Positions 1-9,010 of a stretch of 64,000 nt of DNA are shown piece after piece. The DNA is from Alphaproteobacteria bacterium (GTDB lineage Bacteria > Pseudomonadota > Alphaproteobacteria > UBA6615), in contig JAYPPL010000009.1 of the NCBI GenBank assembly GCA_038131445.1, forward strand, positions 20,221 to 84,220, in the 5' to 3' direction. Each line of letters starts with the position of its first letter. The first letter of the stretch is position 1. The notes below the pieces were generated by a model that was not told the origin of the DNA, did no database searches, and saw only the letters and a list, made by a program, of their open reading frames with translations. The translations under genes were made by a program, and so were the position numbers.

Positions 1-461
1 TCTGGGGCCAGCACGCCGCGCCGGACGACTGTTATCTGGGCCTGCGTGGGCTGCGCACCATGGGCGTGCGCCTGAAACAGCATCAGGAAAACGCAACGAC
101 TGTCGCCAACTGGCTGAAGTCGCGTGCGGAGGTCTCTCGGGTGCTCTACCCGGCGCTACCGGACGATCCGGGGCATGAGTTGTGGAAGCGCGACTTCGAA
201 GGCGCGTGTGGCCTGTTCGGGGTTGTCTTAAAGAATCACTACGAAGACGAACAGCTCGCACGAATGCTCGACGGGCTCGAACTCTTCGCCATGGGCGCAA
301 GCTGGGGCGGCTATGAATCCCTGATTTTGCCCGCGGCACCGCTTCGTACGGCGACCACCTGGGACGCCGAAGGCTCGCTCCTGCGCCTTCATGTGGGCCT
401 CGAGCATCCCGACGATCTGATCGCGGATCTGGAGGCCGGCTTCGCGCGGCTGACCGGATGA
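1..461 (+). CDS. metC: Cystathionine beta-lyase / Cys-Met-metabolism PLP enzyme, C-terminal part (5' end outside window)
   Basis: ORF 60..461 translation ends ...GASWGGYESLILPAAP...LRLHVGLEHPDDLIADLEAGFARL, the characteristic C-terminus of MetC-family PLP enzymes; frame is open to position 1. Confidence 0.65.
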   Translation, partial: WGQHAAPDDCYLGLRGLRTMGVRLKQHQENATTVANWLKSRAEVSRVLYPALPDDPGHELWKRDFEGACGLFGVVLKNHYEDEQLARMLDGLELFAMGASWGGYESLILPAAPLRTATTWDAEGSLLRLHVGLEHPDDLIADLEAGFARLTG

Positions 462-1915
462 GCGGACCGGGCCAGACGGTCCAGCAATATATCGACGAGA
501 CGCCGGTCTGGCGGGACGGCACGGAGGTGCCCGGCGCGCCGCTGACGGGCATGCAGTGGCGTATCTGGCTGCTGGCCGCAGCCGGAAAGTTCTTCGAAGG
601 CCTTGTCGTCTTCCTGACCGGTGTCGCTCTGCCGCTGATCGCACGGGAATTTCAGCTCGACGGCGCCGGACACCCTGGTCGGGGCCGCACCGCTTGCGGG
701 GATCCTGTTCGGAGCCACCCTGCTCGGTGGCCTCGCCGACCGCCTGGGGCGCAAACCGGTGTTTATCGAAGAAATGTTCCTGTTCGTCGCCTTCCTTGTG
801 GCGATCACCTTCGTGCACAGCCTGCCGCTGCTGGTGTTCTGCCTGTTCGGCATGGGCCTCGCCCTGGGGGCCGACTACCCCACCGCGCGTATGGTGATTT
901 CGGAAAGTATCCCGTCGCGAACCCGCGGCCGCCTCGTGAGGGGGGCATTCGGCTTCCAATCGCTGGGGGCGCTCACGGGTGGGTCAGTCGGCTATCTGAT
1001 CCTTCTGGGCGAATCCCGGCCTGTCCGCCTGGCGTTGGATGTACGCGACGGTGGTGATCCCGGCAGCCATTGTGGCCGCGGCCGGTTCTTCGTTCGGAAA
1101 GCGCCAACTGGCTGATGGCGCGCGCGGTGAAGCGGACAAGGCGCGCCACAATCTACTGACCCTGCTAAGCCGCCAGCCGCCCCACCCTGTCGATCCGCAA
1201 CTGGCCGCGGCACCGTGAAGAAATCGACGAAGGCGGCACGGGTTACGCCGCGCTGTTCGACAAGACCAACCGGCGCGCCACGATCTTCGCCTCCCTGCCC
1301 TGGTTCCTGCAGGACCTCGGCACCTACGGCATCGGTATCTTCACACCGACGATCCTCGCCACGACGCTCGGCCATGCCGTCGTGAAAACCGGATCCATCG
1401 CCCAGGTCGTCCATGGCGACATGGATGCCGCAAAGGGCGCGGCCATGATCCTGTTGATCGTCGGCATCGTTGCCGCCATCTGGCTGGCCGACCGTATGGG
1501 CCGCATTCGTCTTCAGGTTATCGGGTTCATCGGCTGCGCGGCGGGGCTGCTGCTGGCCGCGCTGTCCGCCGCGTTCGACGGCACGGTACAGATCGTGCTG
1601 ATCTTCGCAGGCTTCATGCTGTTCAACTTCATGACCAACATGGGACCCAATGCGCAGACCTACCTGATCGCGGGCGAGGTCTTCCCCACCCACCTGCGGG
1701 GCAAGGGTGCCGGGTTCGCGGCCTCCTTCGCTAAGATCGGCGCGGTGATGACCGCCTTCATGTTTCCGGTTCTGCTGGTCGATCTGGGCCAGAGCGTGCT
1801 GCTCGGCCTGCTGATCGTGACCTCGCTTATCGGCGCGGCGGTCACATGGATCTACCGGAGAACCGGTATCGATCTCGATACGCCCCTGTCCCGCAATTCC
1901 GGGAACGGTTCCTAG
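458..1915 (+). pseudogene. MFS transporter (metabolite:H+ symporter type) disrupted by at least 4 frameshifts
   Basis: MFS-like segments lie in three different frames: MQWRIWLLAAAGKFFEGLVVFLTGVALPLIAREFQLDG (frame of 458), GAAPLAGILFGATLLGGLADRLGRKPVF...GMGLALGADYPTARMVISE (759 ORF frame), AWRWMYATVVIPAAIVAA (frame 2 near 1000-1200), RRATIFASLPWFLQDLGTYGIGIF...GEVFPTHLRGKGAGFAASFAKIGAVM (1262-1915). Confidence 0.6.
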
Positions 1916-1919
1916 CTTT

Positions 1920-3090
1920 CGAGGGTCCTGAGCGAAGGCGTCCATCGCGCCAGGATACGTGCGACCACGACTGGCGACAGGACCGAGGTCGCCAGGCAGA
2001 CGAACACCAAGCGCTGAAAAGTTCCGGCGGAACCGCCCAGTCACCCAGCTTTCGCCCTTCCGAGGCAACGATCAGTGCGATCTCGGCGCGCACACCATAC
2101 TGACCCCAGCACGACCCCGCCGATCAGCGAGGTCATCGGCATCGCCGGCAGGAACGTCCCCGCCACCTTTCCGACGATGCACCCGCCACCACGAAGACAG
2201 TCCGCGAGCGCGAAATCGGTCTCAGGATCAGGCCAACATTGACGAAGAAGAACGGCACGAAGAAGTCGTAGAGCGGCGAAAAGGCTTCATCGACGCGTTC
2301 CGCCGCCGCCTCCGGCTGAAGATCAGCCCCGCGAACAGCGCGCCCACCGCCAGCGGGAAGCCCAGCCAGCCCGCGGTGAAACACCAGCGCCATTCCGGCG
2401 ATCGGCCATGGGGTTGGGTGACGGTTCCAGTTTTCAAACAGGCGCGTGATCGGGTGTTCGAGATACCGGGCAGAAGGCGAAACAGACCGCCGCGAACAAC
2501 ACGATCTTGGCCCCGATCTCGAACACGCGCCGCCCATCGTCTCGGCGGCGATACCGCCATTCCCGGCCATCAGGATCGGCGCGGCGGAGATGGCAGGATT
2601 CAGGATGATGCCAGACGTCGTCGGCTCCGCCGCATCGGTCAGCGCGCCGGTAGGCGTGTTCAGCTTGTCCGCCTCCGCCATACGCCGAGACACACACCGG
2701 GGCTCGTTGCCGTCAGCGCCACACCCGCGAACAGGCTGGGGATCACCGCCAGACCGAGCAGATAGTGCGCGGTCGCGAAGCCGAGCGCGCCACTGAGACC
2801 CAGATTGCCGATCCAGACCCAGGCGGCCCGGCGAAGCTGGCTCAGCATGCTCTGGGCCTCGGCCTCCAACCCGACCCGGAACAGCAGCGCGACAATCCCG
2901 ATCCCTGCCAGGAACTCGAAGATCGTCATCACCTCCGGGGTCAGAAGGCTCCCGCTGGATCGACGATTCGCATCGCCACGCCCAGCAGCATGTAGCCGAC
3001 CAGCGCTGGGCACACCCGCGCGCCGGCAGACGCCGCGCACCACCATCGCGGCGACCACCGTCAGTCCGATCAGGACGATGGCCTAGGCAG
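1920..3090 (-). pseudogene. CPA2-family cation:proton antiporter (Kef-like) remnant in at least two frames
   Basis: ORF 2660..3058(-) has N-terminal CPA2-like helices (IFEFLAGIGIVALLFRVGLEAEAQSMLSQLRRAAWVWIGNLGLSGALGFATAHYLLGL); ORF 2133..2693(-) carries further TM segments in another frame; no single long ORF. Confidence 0.45.
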
Positions 3091-3240
3091 GTTGTCGAAC
3101 AGTCCGTTCATCTGCGCGCAACTCTACGCGACGCATTCGCGCGCCTCCTACCCCGTAAGTGACGCACCCCCGCGCCGGAGCCGCGTCCGCCATGCGCCCC
3201 GTGCACATGGACTTTTCCGGGACTTCGCGATAATCCGGAA

Positions 3241-4437
3241 ATGGCAATACCGGAACGTTCCGTAAGCAGTATTTATTTGGGGAAGCCATTGAGCCTCAAA
3301 CGCGCATGCGCCATTGCCGGCGTCGCCGAATCCCGTCTCGGCGTCGTGCCGGATTCGACCGTCCTGACGCTGCAGGCCGAGGCCATGGTGGCCGCGCTTG
3401 CCGATGAAGGGCTCCAGAAATCCGACGTCGATGGACTGTTCGTTTCCGGGCCGTGGGGCCGCCTGCCCGGCCTGCAGATCGCGGAGTATCTGGGCATCCA
3501 GCCCAGCTATGCCGACAGCACGATGGTCGGCGGCGCCTCCTTCGAATTTCATCTAGGCCACGCGGCAGCGGCCATTCAGGCCGGCCTGTGCAAGGTCGCG
3601 GTGATCCTCTACGGCAGCACCCAGCGGTCGCGCGCTGACAAATACATCTTCCAGATCCGTGATGACCTCGGCTACCAGTACGAAGCCCCCTTCGGTCTCC
3701 CGACCCCAGTCGGCTCCTACGCTCTGGCCGCCTCACGCCACTTCGCCGAATACGGCACCACGAACGAACAACTCGCCGATCTCGCCGTCTCCACGCGCGA
3801 ATGGGCGCGGATGAACCGTCGAAGGCCTACCGCCGCGAGCCGCTGACGCGGGAAGAAGTCCTGACCTCCGGCCCCATCGCGACGCCGCTCAACCGCCTCG
3901 ACTGCTGCCTGTTCACCGATGGTGGCGGCGCGGCGGTGGTCGTGAGCCCGGATATCGCAAAAACCCTCGACAAGCCGCCCGTCTGGCTGCTCGGACAGGG
4001 TGAAAGCGTCTCGCACGCCCAGATTTCCGAGATGCGCGACCTCACCATCACCCCGGCCGCCCGTTCCGGCGCACGCGCCTTCGAGATGGCAGGCGTCACC
4101 CATACCGACCTCGACGTGGTGGAGATCTACGATTCCTTCACGATCACGGTGCTGCTGACACTGGAATCCCTGGGCTTCTGCAAGCCCGGCGAGGGCGGCG
4201 CGTTCATCTCCGGCGGGCGGACGGCCCCGGCGGCGAATTTCCGCTGAACACCAATGGCGGCGGGCTGTCTTACTGCCATCCCGGCCAGTATGGAATTTTC
4301 CTAATCATCGAGGCGGTCGGCAGCTCCGCGGCGAGTGCGGCGACCGGCAGGTGGCCGATGCCGCGCTGGCGCTGATCAGCGGGACGGGCGGCGTTCTGTC
4401 CTCCAACTCCACCTGCATTTTCGGCGTGGAATAATCA
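3241..4437 (+). pseudogene. SCP2-thiolase-like (lipid-transfer/DitF-type) protein split into 3 frames
   Basis: Thiolase-like N-term in 3241..3846 (AIAGVAESRLGVVPDSTVLTLQAEAMVAALADEGL...), continuation in 3801..4247 (EPSKAYRREPLTREEVLTSGPIATPLNRLDCCLFTDGGGAAVVVS...) and a third frame to 4437 (NTNGGGLSYCHPGQYGIF...GVE*); the junction at about 3815 looks like a 1-nt deletion in a C-run (atgaaccgtcg where atgaacccgtcg would restore the frame). Confidence 0.6.
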
Positions 4438-4833
4438 ATGAACGACGACCAGACCCTCCCCGATCCCGATTCCGAGCCGTTCTGGCAGGGCGCTGCCGAA
4501 GGCGAATTGCGCTACCAGCGCTGCGGTGCGTGCGATGCCGCCGTATTTTATCCGCGCGCGTTGTGTCCCGAATGCGGCGCGCCGGACCCGGCTTGGGCGG
4601 TTTCGGCGGGCAACGGCACCGTCTATGCCTGTTCCACGGTGCATCGCGCTCCGCCAGCCTTCGCCGATCAGGCACCCTACACCGTGCTGCTTGTCGATCT
4701 CGACGAGGGCTTTCGGATGATGAGCCGCCTCGTCGACGCCGAGCCGGACTCGGTCGCCATCGGCAATCGCGTGAAGGCCGTATTCCGGGACGGTCCGAAC
4801 GGCCGCCCCGCCCCCTATTTCACCCCCGCATAG
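4438..4833 (+). CDS. DUF35-type Zn-ribbon/OB-fold protein (usual partner of SCP2-thiolases)
   Basis: 131 aa, CxxC...CxxC (RCGACDAAVFYPRALCPECGA) followed by OB-fold-like C-term; intact; immediately downstream of the thiolase-like pseudogene. Confidence 0.7.
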   Translation: MNDDQTLPDPDSEPFWQGAAEGELRYQRCGACDAAVFYPRALCPECGAPDPAWAVSAGNGTVYACSTVHRAPPAFADQAPYTVLLVDLDEGFRMMSRLVDAEPDSVAIGNRVKAVFRDGPNGRPAPYFTPA

Positions 4834-4845
4834 AGCCTTACGCTT

Positions 4846-5541
4846 ATGAAGAACAAGAAATCAGCAACACTTGAGGATGCCGTCGGTCGTATTCAGGACG
4901 GCGCGACGATCCTTGTCGGCGGCTTCGGCCAGCCCGGCGTGCCCGAAGTCCTAATCGACGGAGTGTGCGATCTCGGCCGCCGCGACCTGACCATCGTCAC
5001 CAACAATGCAGGGACCGGCCATAGCGGCATAGCGCGGCTGATCGAGGAAGGCTGTGTCGGCAAGCTGATCTGTAGCTTCCCCTGGGCGAAAGAATCTTTC
5101 GTTTTTAAGGAGTTGTACGATGCGGGCAAGATCGACCTCGAGATCGTGCCTCAGGGCACCCTGTCAGAGCGTATCCGCGCCGGTGGCGCGGGGCTGGGCG
5201 GGTTCCTTACCCCGACCGCGCTGGGCACGGACCTCGCTGAGGGCAAGCCGATCATCGAATCCGACGGGCGCGAATGGGTTTTAGAAAAAGCACTGCGCGG
5301 CGATTTCGCCTTGATCAAGGCCTACAAGACCGACCCGCGCGGCAACCTCATCTATCATCTGACGGCGCGGAACTTTAACCCCGTCATGGCGATGGCCGCC
5401 GACTTCACCATCGCGGAAGTGCAGGAAGACGTCGCCATCGACGAACTGGACCCGGAAGTGATCGTCACGCCGGGTGTTTTCGTCGATACTTATTTCGTGA
5501 CCGGCTGGTACGAGATCGGCAAGGAGCGCAAGGCATCATGA
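4846..5541 (+). CDS. scoA: 3-oxoacid CoA-transferase subunit A
   Basis: 231 aa; ILVGGFGQPGVPEVLIDGV...IVTNNAG...SFPWAKESFVFKELYDAGKIDLEIVPQGTLSERIRAGGAGLGGFLTPT typical of ScoA/AtoD; intact. Confidence 0.8.
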   Translation: MKNKKSATLEDAVGRIQDGATILVGGFGQPGVPEVLIDGVCDLGRRDLTIVTNNAGTGHSGIARLIEEGCVGKLICSFPWAKESFVFKELYDAGKIDLEIVPQGTLSERIRAGGAGLGGFLTPTALGTDLAEGKPIIESDGREWVLEKALRGDFALIKAYKTDPRGNLIYHLTARNFNPVMAMAADFTIAEVQEDVAIDELDPEVIVTPGVFVDTYFVTGWYEIGKERKAS

Positions 5542-6215
5542 GCGAGCAGAACACCAACCTCCTCACCCGGCTGCAGATCGCGGCCCGCGCCGCTCAGGAC
5601 ATGGAGGACGGCTGGCTGGTCAATCTTGGCATCGGAATGCCGACGATGATCCCCGCTTTCATCCCCAAGGACCGGGACGTGATGTTCCACTCGGAGAACG
5701 GGCTGATCGGCATGGGCCCGCAGCCCGCCGAGGGTGAGGCCGACCAGGACCTCATCAGTGCCGGAAAGGAACTCGTTACCATGGATTTGCCGGCGGCGCC
5801 ATCGTCCATCACGCGGATTCATTCGCCGTGGCGCGCGGCGGACGCCTCGATTGCGCCTGCCTTGGCGCGTTCCAGGTCGTGGCCAACGGCGATCTGTGCA
5901 ACTGGCGCCTGCCGAACCAGAAATCCGGCAGCGTCGGAGGCGCGATGGACATCGCCGCCGGCTCGAAGCGCGTTTTCGCTATGATGACGCACACGGACCG
6001 TGATGGGGCGCCAAGATCGTCACCGAACGCACCTTTCCGCTGACGGCCATCGGCGTCGTCACCAGAATCTTTACTGACATGGCGGTGATCTCGATCACCG
6101 CAGATGGTATGGTCCTCGATGAGATTGCGCCCGGCCTGAACAAGGATGATGTGCAGGCCGTGACCGACGCCCCCCTGATCATGGACAGCCGTGGGCAAAT
6201 CGATATCGCGGCGTG
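5538..6215 (+). pseudogene. scoB: 3-oxoacid CoA-transferase subunit B, frameshifted (at least 2 shifts)
   Basis: 5538..5984 starts with canonical ScoB N-term (RLQIAARAAQDMEDGWLVNLGIGMPTMIPAFIPKDRDVMFHSENGLIGMGP) then runs out of frame; the remainder (GGRLDCACLGAFQVVANGDLCNWRLPNQKSGSVGGAMDIAAGSKRVFAMMTHTDRDGAP...) is in ORF 5828..6043 and a third frame to 6215. Confidence 0.65.
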
Positions 6216-6289
6216 ACGGCATGGCATCACTGACAGGACGAGCCGGGAGCGGTCATCGAAATGGACTGACCTTTCCTCGATGGTCATCG

Positions 6290-7136
6290 GCGCCAGGTGG
6301 CATGACGTGGTCACAAAGGCCAGATCGCGATCGTCACCGGCGGCCGGCTGGCATGGGAGAAGCCGCCTGCGTGCGTTTCGAAATTTGCGGAAGGAGCGAA
6401 GGTCGCCGTGATCGGCATGACCCGGATCAAAGGCAACGCGGTCGTCAAACGGATCACCGATGCCGGCACGGAAGCCATGTTCGTGCGCGCCGAATGCGCC
6501 GATGAAACCGGGGTGAAGGCAGCTTGCAAGGACGATCCTCGATTGGGGCCGTGCGGACATCCTGGTGAATACGGCGGGCGGTTTCAATCGATCACCCGCC
6601 GTTGCGAGGACGTCCGCCGCCGAATGCATGCACAGTTGGGACTGGAACGTGATCGCGAAAGTTCCTGATCACCCGCGAACTGGTGCCGTGATGAAGGGCA
6701 AACAATTATGGTCGGATCGTCAACATCTCTTCCGGGCGGGTCGCACCGCTCCGCCGTTGGCGAGGTCGAGTACGCCGCCGACGGATGCCGGCGTCATCGG
6801 CCTGGAACGCGGCGCCTGATCACCCGCGAACTGCGCCCTTTGGGATCACTCATTAACGCCATCGCGCCGGGTCTCGTTCTCACCCCGCGCGTCCAGCGTC
6901 ACCCATCAGGAGGATGCTGGACGGGCCGGCGAGCGCGGCAGGTTGGCGACAGAACTCGCGCCCTTTGGCCATGCCCGTGGGGCGCATGGTCACGCCGGAC
7001 TGGAAACTGCAGCGGACGAACGCCATGCGGCGTGGGGTACTTCTGTGCACCCCGGGCGAACTGGCACCAGCCATCTGGAATATCGGGCGCGACCGGCGCG
7101 GTGCTCGACGTCAACGGCGGCACGTGGATGGGGTAA
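6290..7136 (+). pseudogene. Short-chain dehydrogenase/reductase (SDR) with many frameshifts
   Basis: SDR hallmarks are scattered across all three + frames: KGQIAIVTGG, DILVNTAGG, FLITRELVP...RIVNISSG, NAIAPGLVLTPRVQ, and a C-term ...GAVLDVNGG in ORF 6708..7136; no frame is continuous. Confidence 0.5.
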
Positions 7137-7149
7137 TTCGAGAGAAATT

Positions 7150-7226
7150 TGGTGCGCCCGGCAGGATTCGAACCTGCGACCGTCGGCTTAGAAGGCCGGT
7201 GCTCTATCCAGCTGAGCTACGGGCGC
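7150..7226 (-). tRNA. tRNA-Arg (anticodon TCT)
   Basis: Reverse complement folds as a cloverleaf: acceptor GCGCCCG/CGGGCGC, D-arm GCTC..GAGC, anticodon loop CTTCTAA, T-arm GCAGGTTCGAATCCTGC, 3' ACCA. Confidence 0.8.
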
Positions 7227-7326
7227 CCAAACCACACAAAAACCAACGCCAGTTGCGCTTACGCTGCACCCTTCGACGAGTCGTGTGAAGGAGCAGTAAT
7301 TTCCGCCCCTTCCCGCCTAGTGGCCT

Positions 7327-7632
7327 CTAATGGCTCCAGGGAACCCTGCGGCCGAATGCGAAGTTATCCGCGTAAGCCTTTGGTTTAACAATTCTTTCCT
7401 TTGGCTCCTGGACCACATAATCCAATTCTAGCCGGTCGGCGTGAACCACCGCCTCGTCCTTGCTGTCGAAGGTTAGGCGCACCTGCTGCATCGTGTCGCC
7501 GGCGCCGGTCCAACCCATCATGGGATCGAGCTGCTGTCGGCGCGTCGGCTCGAACTCCAGCACCCATTTGCGCGTCTTGGCGCGGCCGGACTGCATTGCG
7601 GTCTTCGCGGGCTGGAAAATGCGGGCTTTCAT
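7327..7632 (-). CDS. ETC complex I subunit (NDUFS4-like) family small protein
   Basis: 101 aa MKARIFQPAKTAMQSGRAKTRKWVLEFEP...PMMGWTGAGDTMQQVRLTF; matches the conserved bacterial NDUFS4-homologue family. Confidence 0.7.
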   Translation of the reverse strand: MKARIFQPAKTAMQSGRAKTRKWVLEFEPTRRQQLDPMMGWTGAGDTMQQVRLTFDSKDEAVVHADRLELDYVVQEPKERIVKPKAYADNFAFGRRVPWSH

Positions 7633-7652
7633 GCGCGCGGTTCCTTAAAAAA

Positions 7653-7729
7653 TGGTCGGGGCGACGAGATTCGAACACGCGACCCCCTGCTCCCAAAGCA
7701 GGTGCTCTACCAGGCTGAGCTACGCCCCG
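7653..7729 (-). tRNA. tRNA-Pro (anticodon TGG)
   Basis: Reverse complement: acceptor CGGGGCG/CGCCCCG, anticodon stem-loop CCTGC-TTTGGGA-GCAGG, T-arm GCGTGTTCGAATCTCGT, ACCA. Confidence 0.85.
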
Positions 7730-7912
7730 GCTGACCCTGATTGATGTTCGGAGCGAAGATAGGCGTGTGCCCGCTTCGGCGCAACGCCTCAAACACGTTG
7801 CGGCGGGGCAAATATGCACCGGTATCCCAATAAAGTCGTATGCCGTTACCTTTTCGAAGGATGCGCTTTGGACTATCTTTTTAATTAACTAACGCATTTA
7901 CAGGAGGATCCT

Positions 7913-8920
7913 ATGAAACACCGTAATCTCATTAATACACTCGCCGCCGGCGCAACCGCCGTCGGCCTATTGGCAGCCACCCCGGCGCTGGCTCAGGACT
8001 ACGTCCTCAACACTGCCTCGACAGGCGGCACCTACCACCCGGTCGGCACGGCAATCGCGACCCTGACCAAGGTCAAGCTGCTGCCGAAGAACAAGTTTAG
8101 CCTGACCGCCGTCAACTCGGCCGGTTCCGGCGCAAACGTCCAGGCACTCGGCGCGGGCACGGCCCAGTTCGCTATCGTCCAGGGCTTGTTCGGCTCCTAC
8201 GCGGCAACGGGTACGGGCCCGGTCTCCGAACCGCAGAAGAACATGCGCTCAGTGTCCATGCTGTGGCAGAACGTTGAGCAGTTCGTGGTTCCCACGGCGG
8301 ACGCGACGAGTGGCACCATGGCCGATTTCGTGGCGCTCAAGGGCAAGGCCGCCGCGCTGGGCAACAAGAACTCCGGCACCATCGGCTCCAACAAGGTACT
8401 GCTCGGCGGCCTCGGCCTCGATATCGAGAAGGATTTCGAGCTGATGTATGCGGGATACGGCCCGTCGGCCGACGCCATGGCCAACGGCCAGGTAGCCGCG
8501 CTCGGCGCGCCGGCCGGGCCGCCGACCGGCGCCATCACCAAGCTGATGGCCGCCAATAAAGGCAAGTTTACCCTGCTGAGCATCACCCCGGACGAGGCGG
8601 CCAAGATGGACGGCGGACGCAACCTGTGGGTCCCCTACACCATCGCGGCCGGCACGTATCCGGGCCAGGACAAAGACGTCGTGACCATCGCGCAGCCGAA
8701 CTTCCTGGCGGTGAACGCCGATGTGCCGGAAGAACACGTTTATCTGCTGACAAAGACCATGTTCGAGAACCTGCCTTTCCTGCAGGCGATCCACCCGGCC
8801 ACCAAGGCCATGGCCGTGGAAAAGGCGATGGCGGGCCTGCCGGTGCCGCTGCACCCCGGTGCGGCCAAGTACTATAAAGAAGTCGGGCTCGATATTCCGG
8901 ACCGCCTGATGGCGAAATAG
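7913..8920 (+). CDS. TAXI-family TRAP transporter solute-binding protein
   Basis: 335 aa, signal peptide (AATPALAQD), YHPVGTAIATLTKVKLLP..AVNSAGSGANVQALGAGTAQFAIVQG motif pattern typical of TAXI receptors; RBS-like caggagga upstream. Confidence 0.8.
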   Translation: MKHRNLINTLAAGATAVGLLAATPALAQDYVLNTASTGGTYHPVGTAIATLTKVKLLPKNKFSLTAVNSAGSGANVQALGAGTAQFAIVQGLFGSYAATGTGPVSEPQKNMRSVSMLWQNVEQFVVPTADATSGTMADFVALKGKAAALGNKNSGTIGSNKVLLGGLGLDIEKDFELMYAGYGPSADAMANGQVAALGAPAGPPTGAITKLMAANKGKFTLLSITPDEAAKMDGGRNLWVPYTIAAGTYPGQDKDVVTIAQPNFLAVNADVPEEHVYLLTKTMFENLPFLQAIHPATKAMAVEKAMAGLPVPLHPGAAKYYKEVGLDIPDRLMAK

Positions 8921-8956
8921 TCATCGGATAACCTCAGATACCGCAGAGCAATGTAT

Positions 8957-8986
8957 GAAGGTGGCCACCGACCGGTGGCCACCTTC
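8957..8986. promoter_or_regulatory. Perfect 14-bp inverted repeat (GAAGGTGGCCACCG-AC-CGGTGGCCACCTTC) between the TAXI binding-protein and permease genes
   Basis: Seen directly in sequence; 36 nt after the binding-protein stop; an intra-operon attenuator or operator is the likely role. Confidence 0.45.
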
Positions 8987-9010
8987 TCGTTTGCGGACCC
9001 GGGTCACCCC

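Noticed and set aside
228-959. 243-aa and 154-aa minus-strand ORFs antisense to the MFS pseudogene
   Set aside because: Arg/Pro/Ala-rich low-complexity translation typical of spurious antisense ORFs in high-GC DNA; no recognisable domain.
992-2068. 358-aa minus-strand ORF
   Set aside because: Antisense to MFS transporter fragments; composition-driven, no motifs.
3150-3240. TTCCGG...CCGGAA-type partial palindromes upstream of the thiolase-like pseudogene
   Set aside because: Imperfect, short; cannot distinguish from chance in GC-rich DNA.
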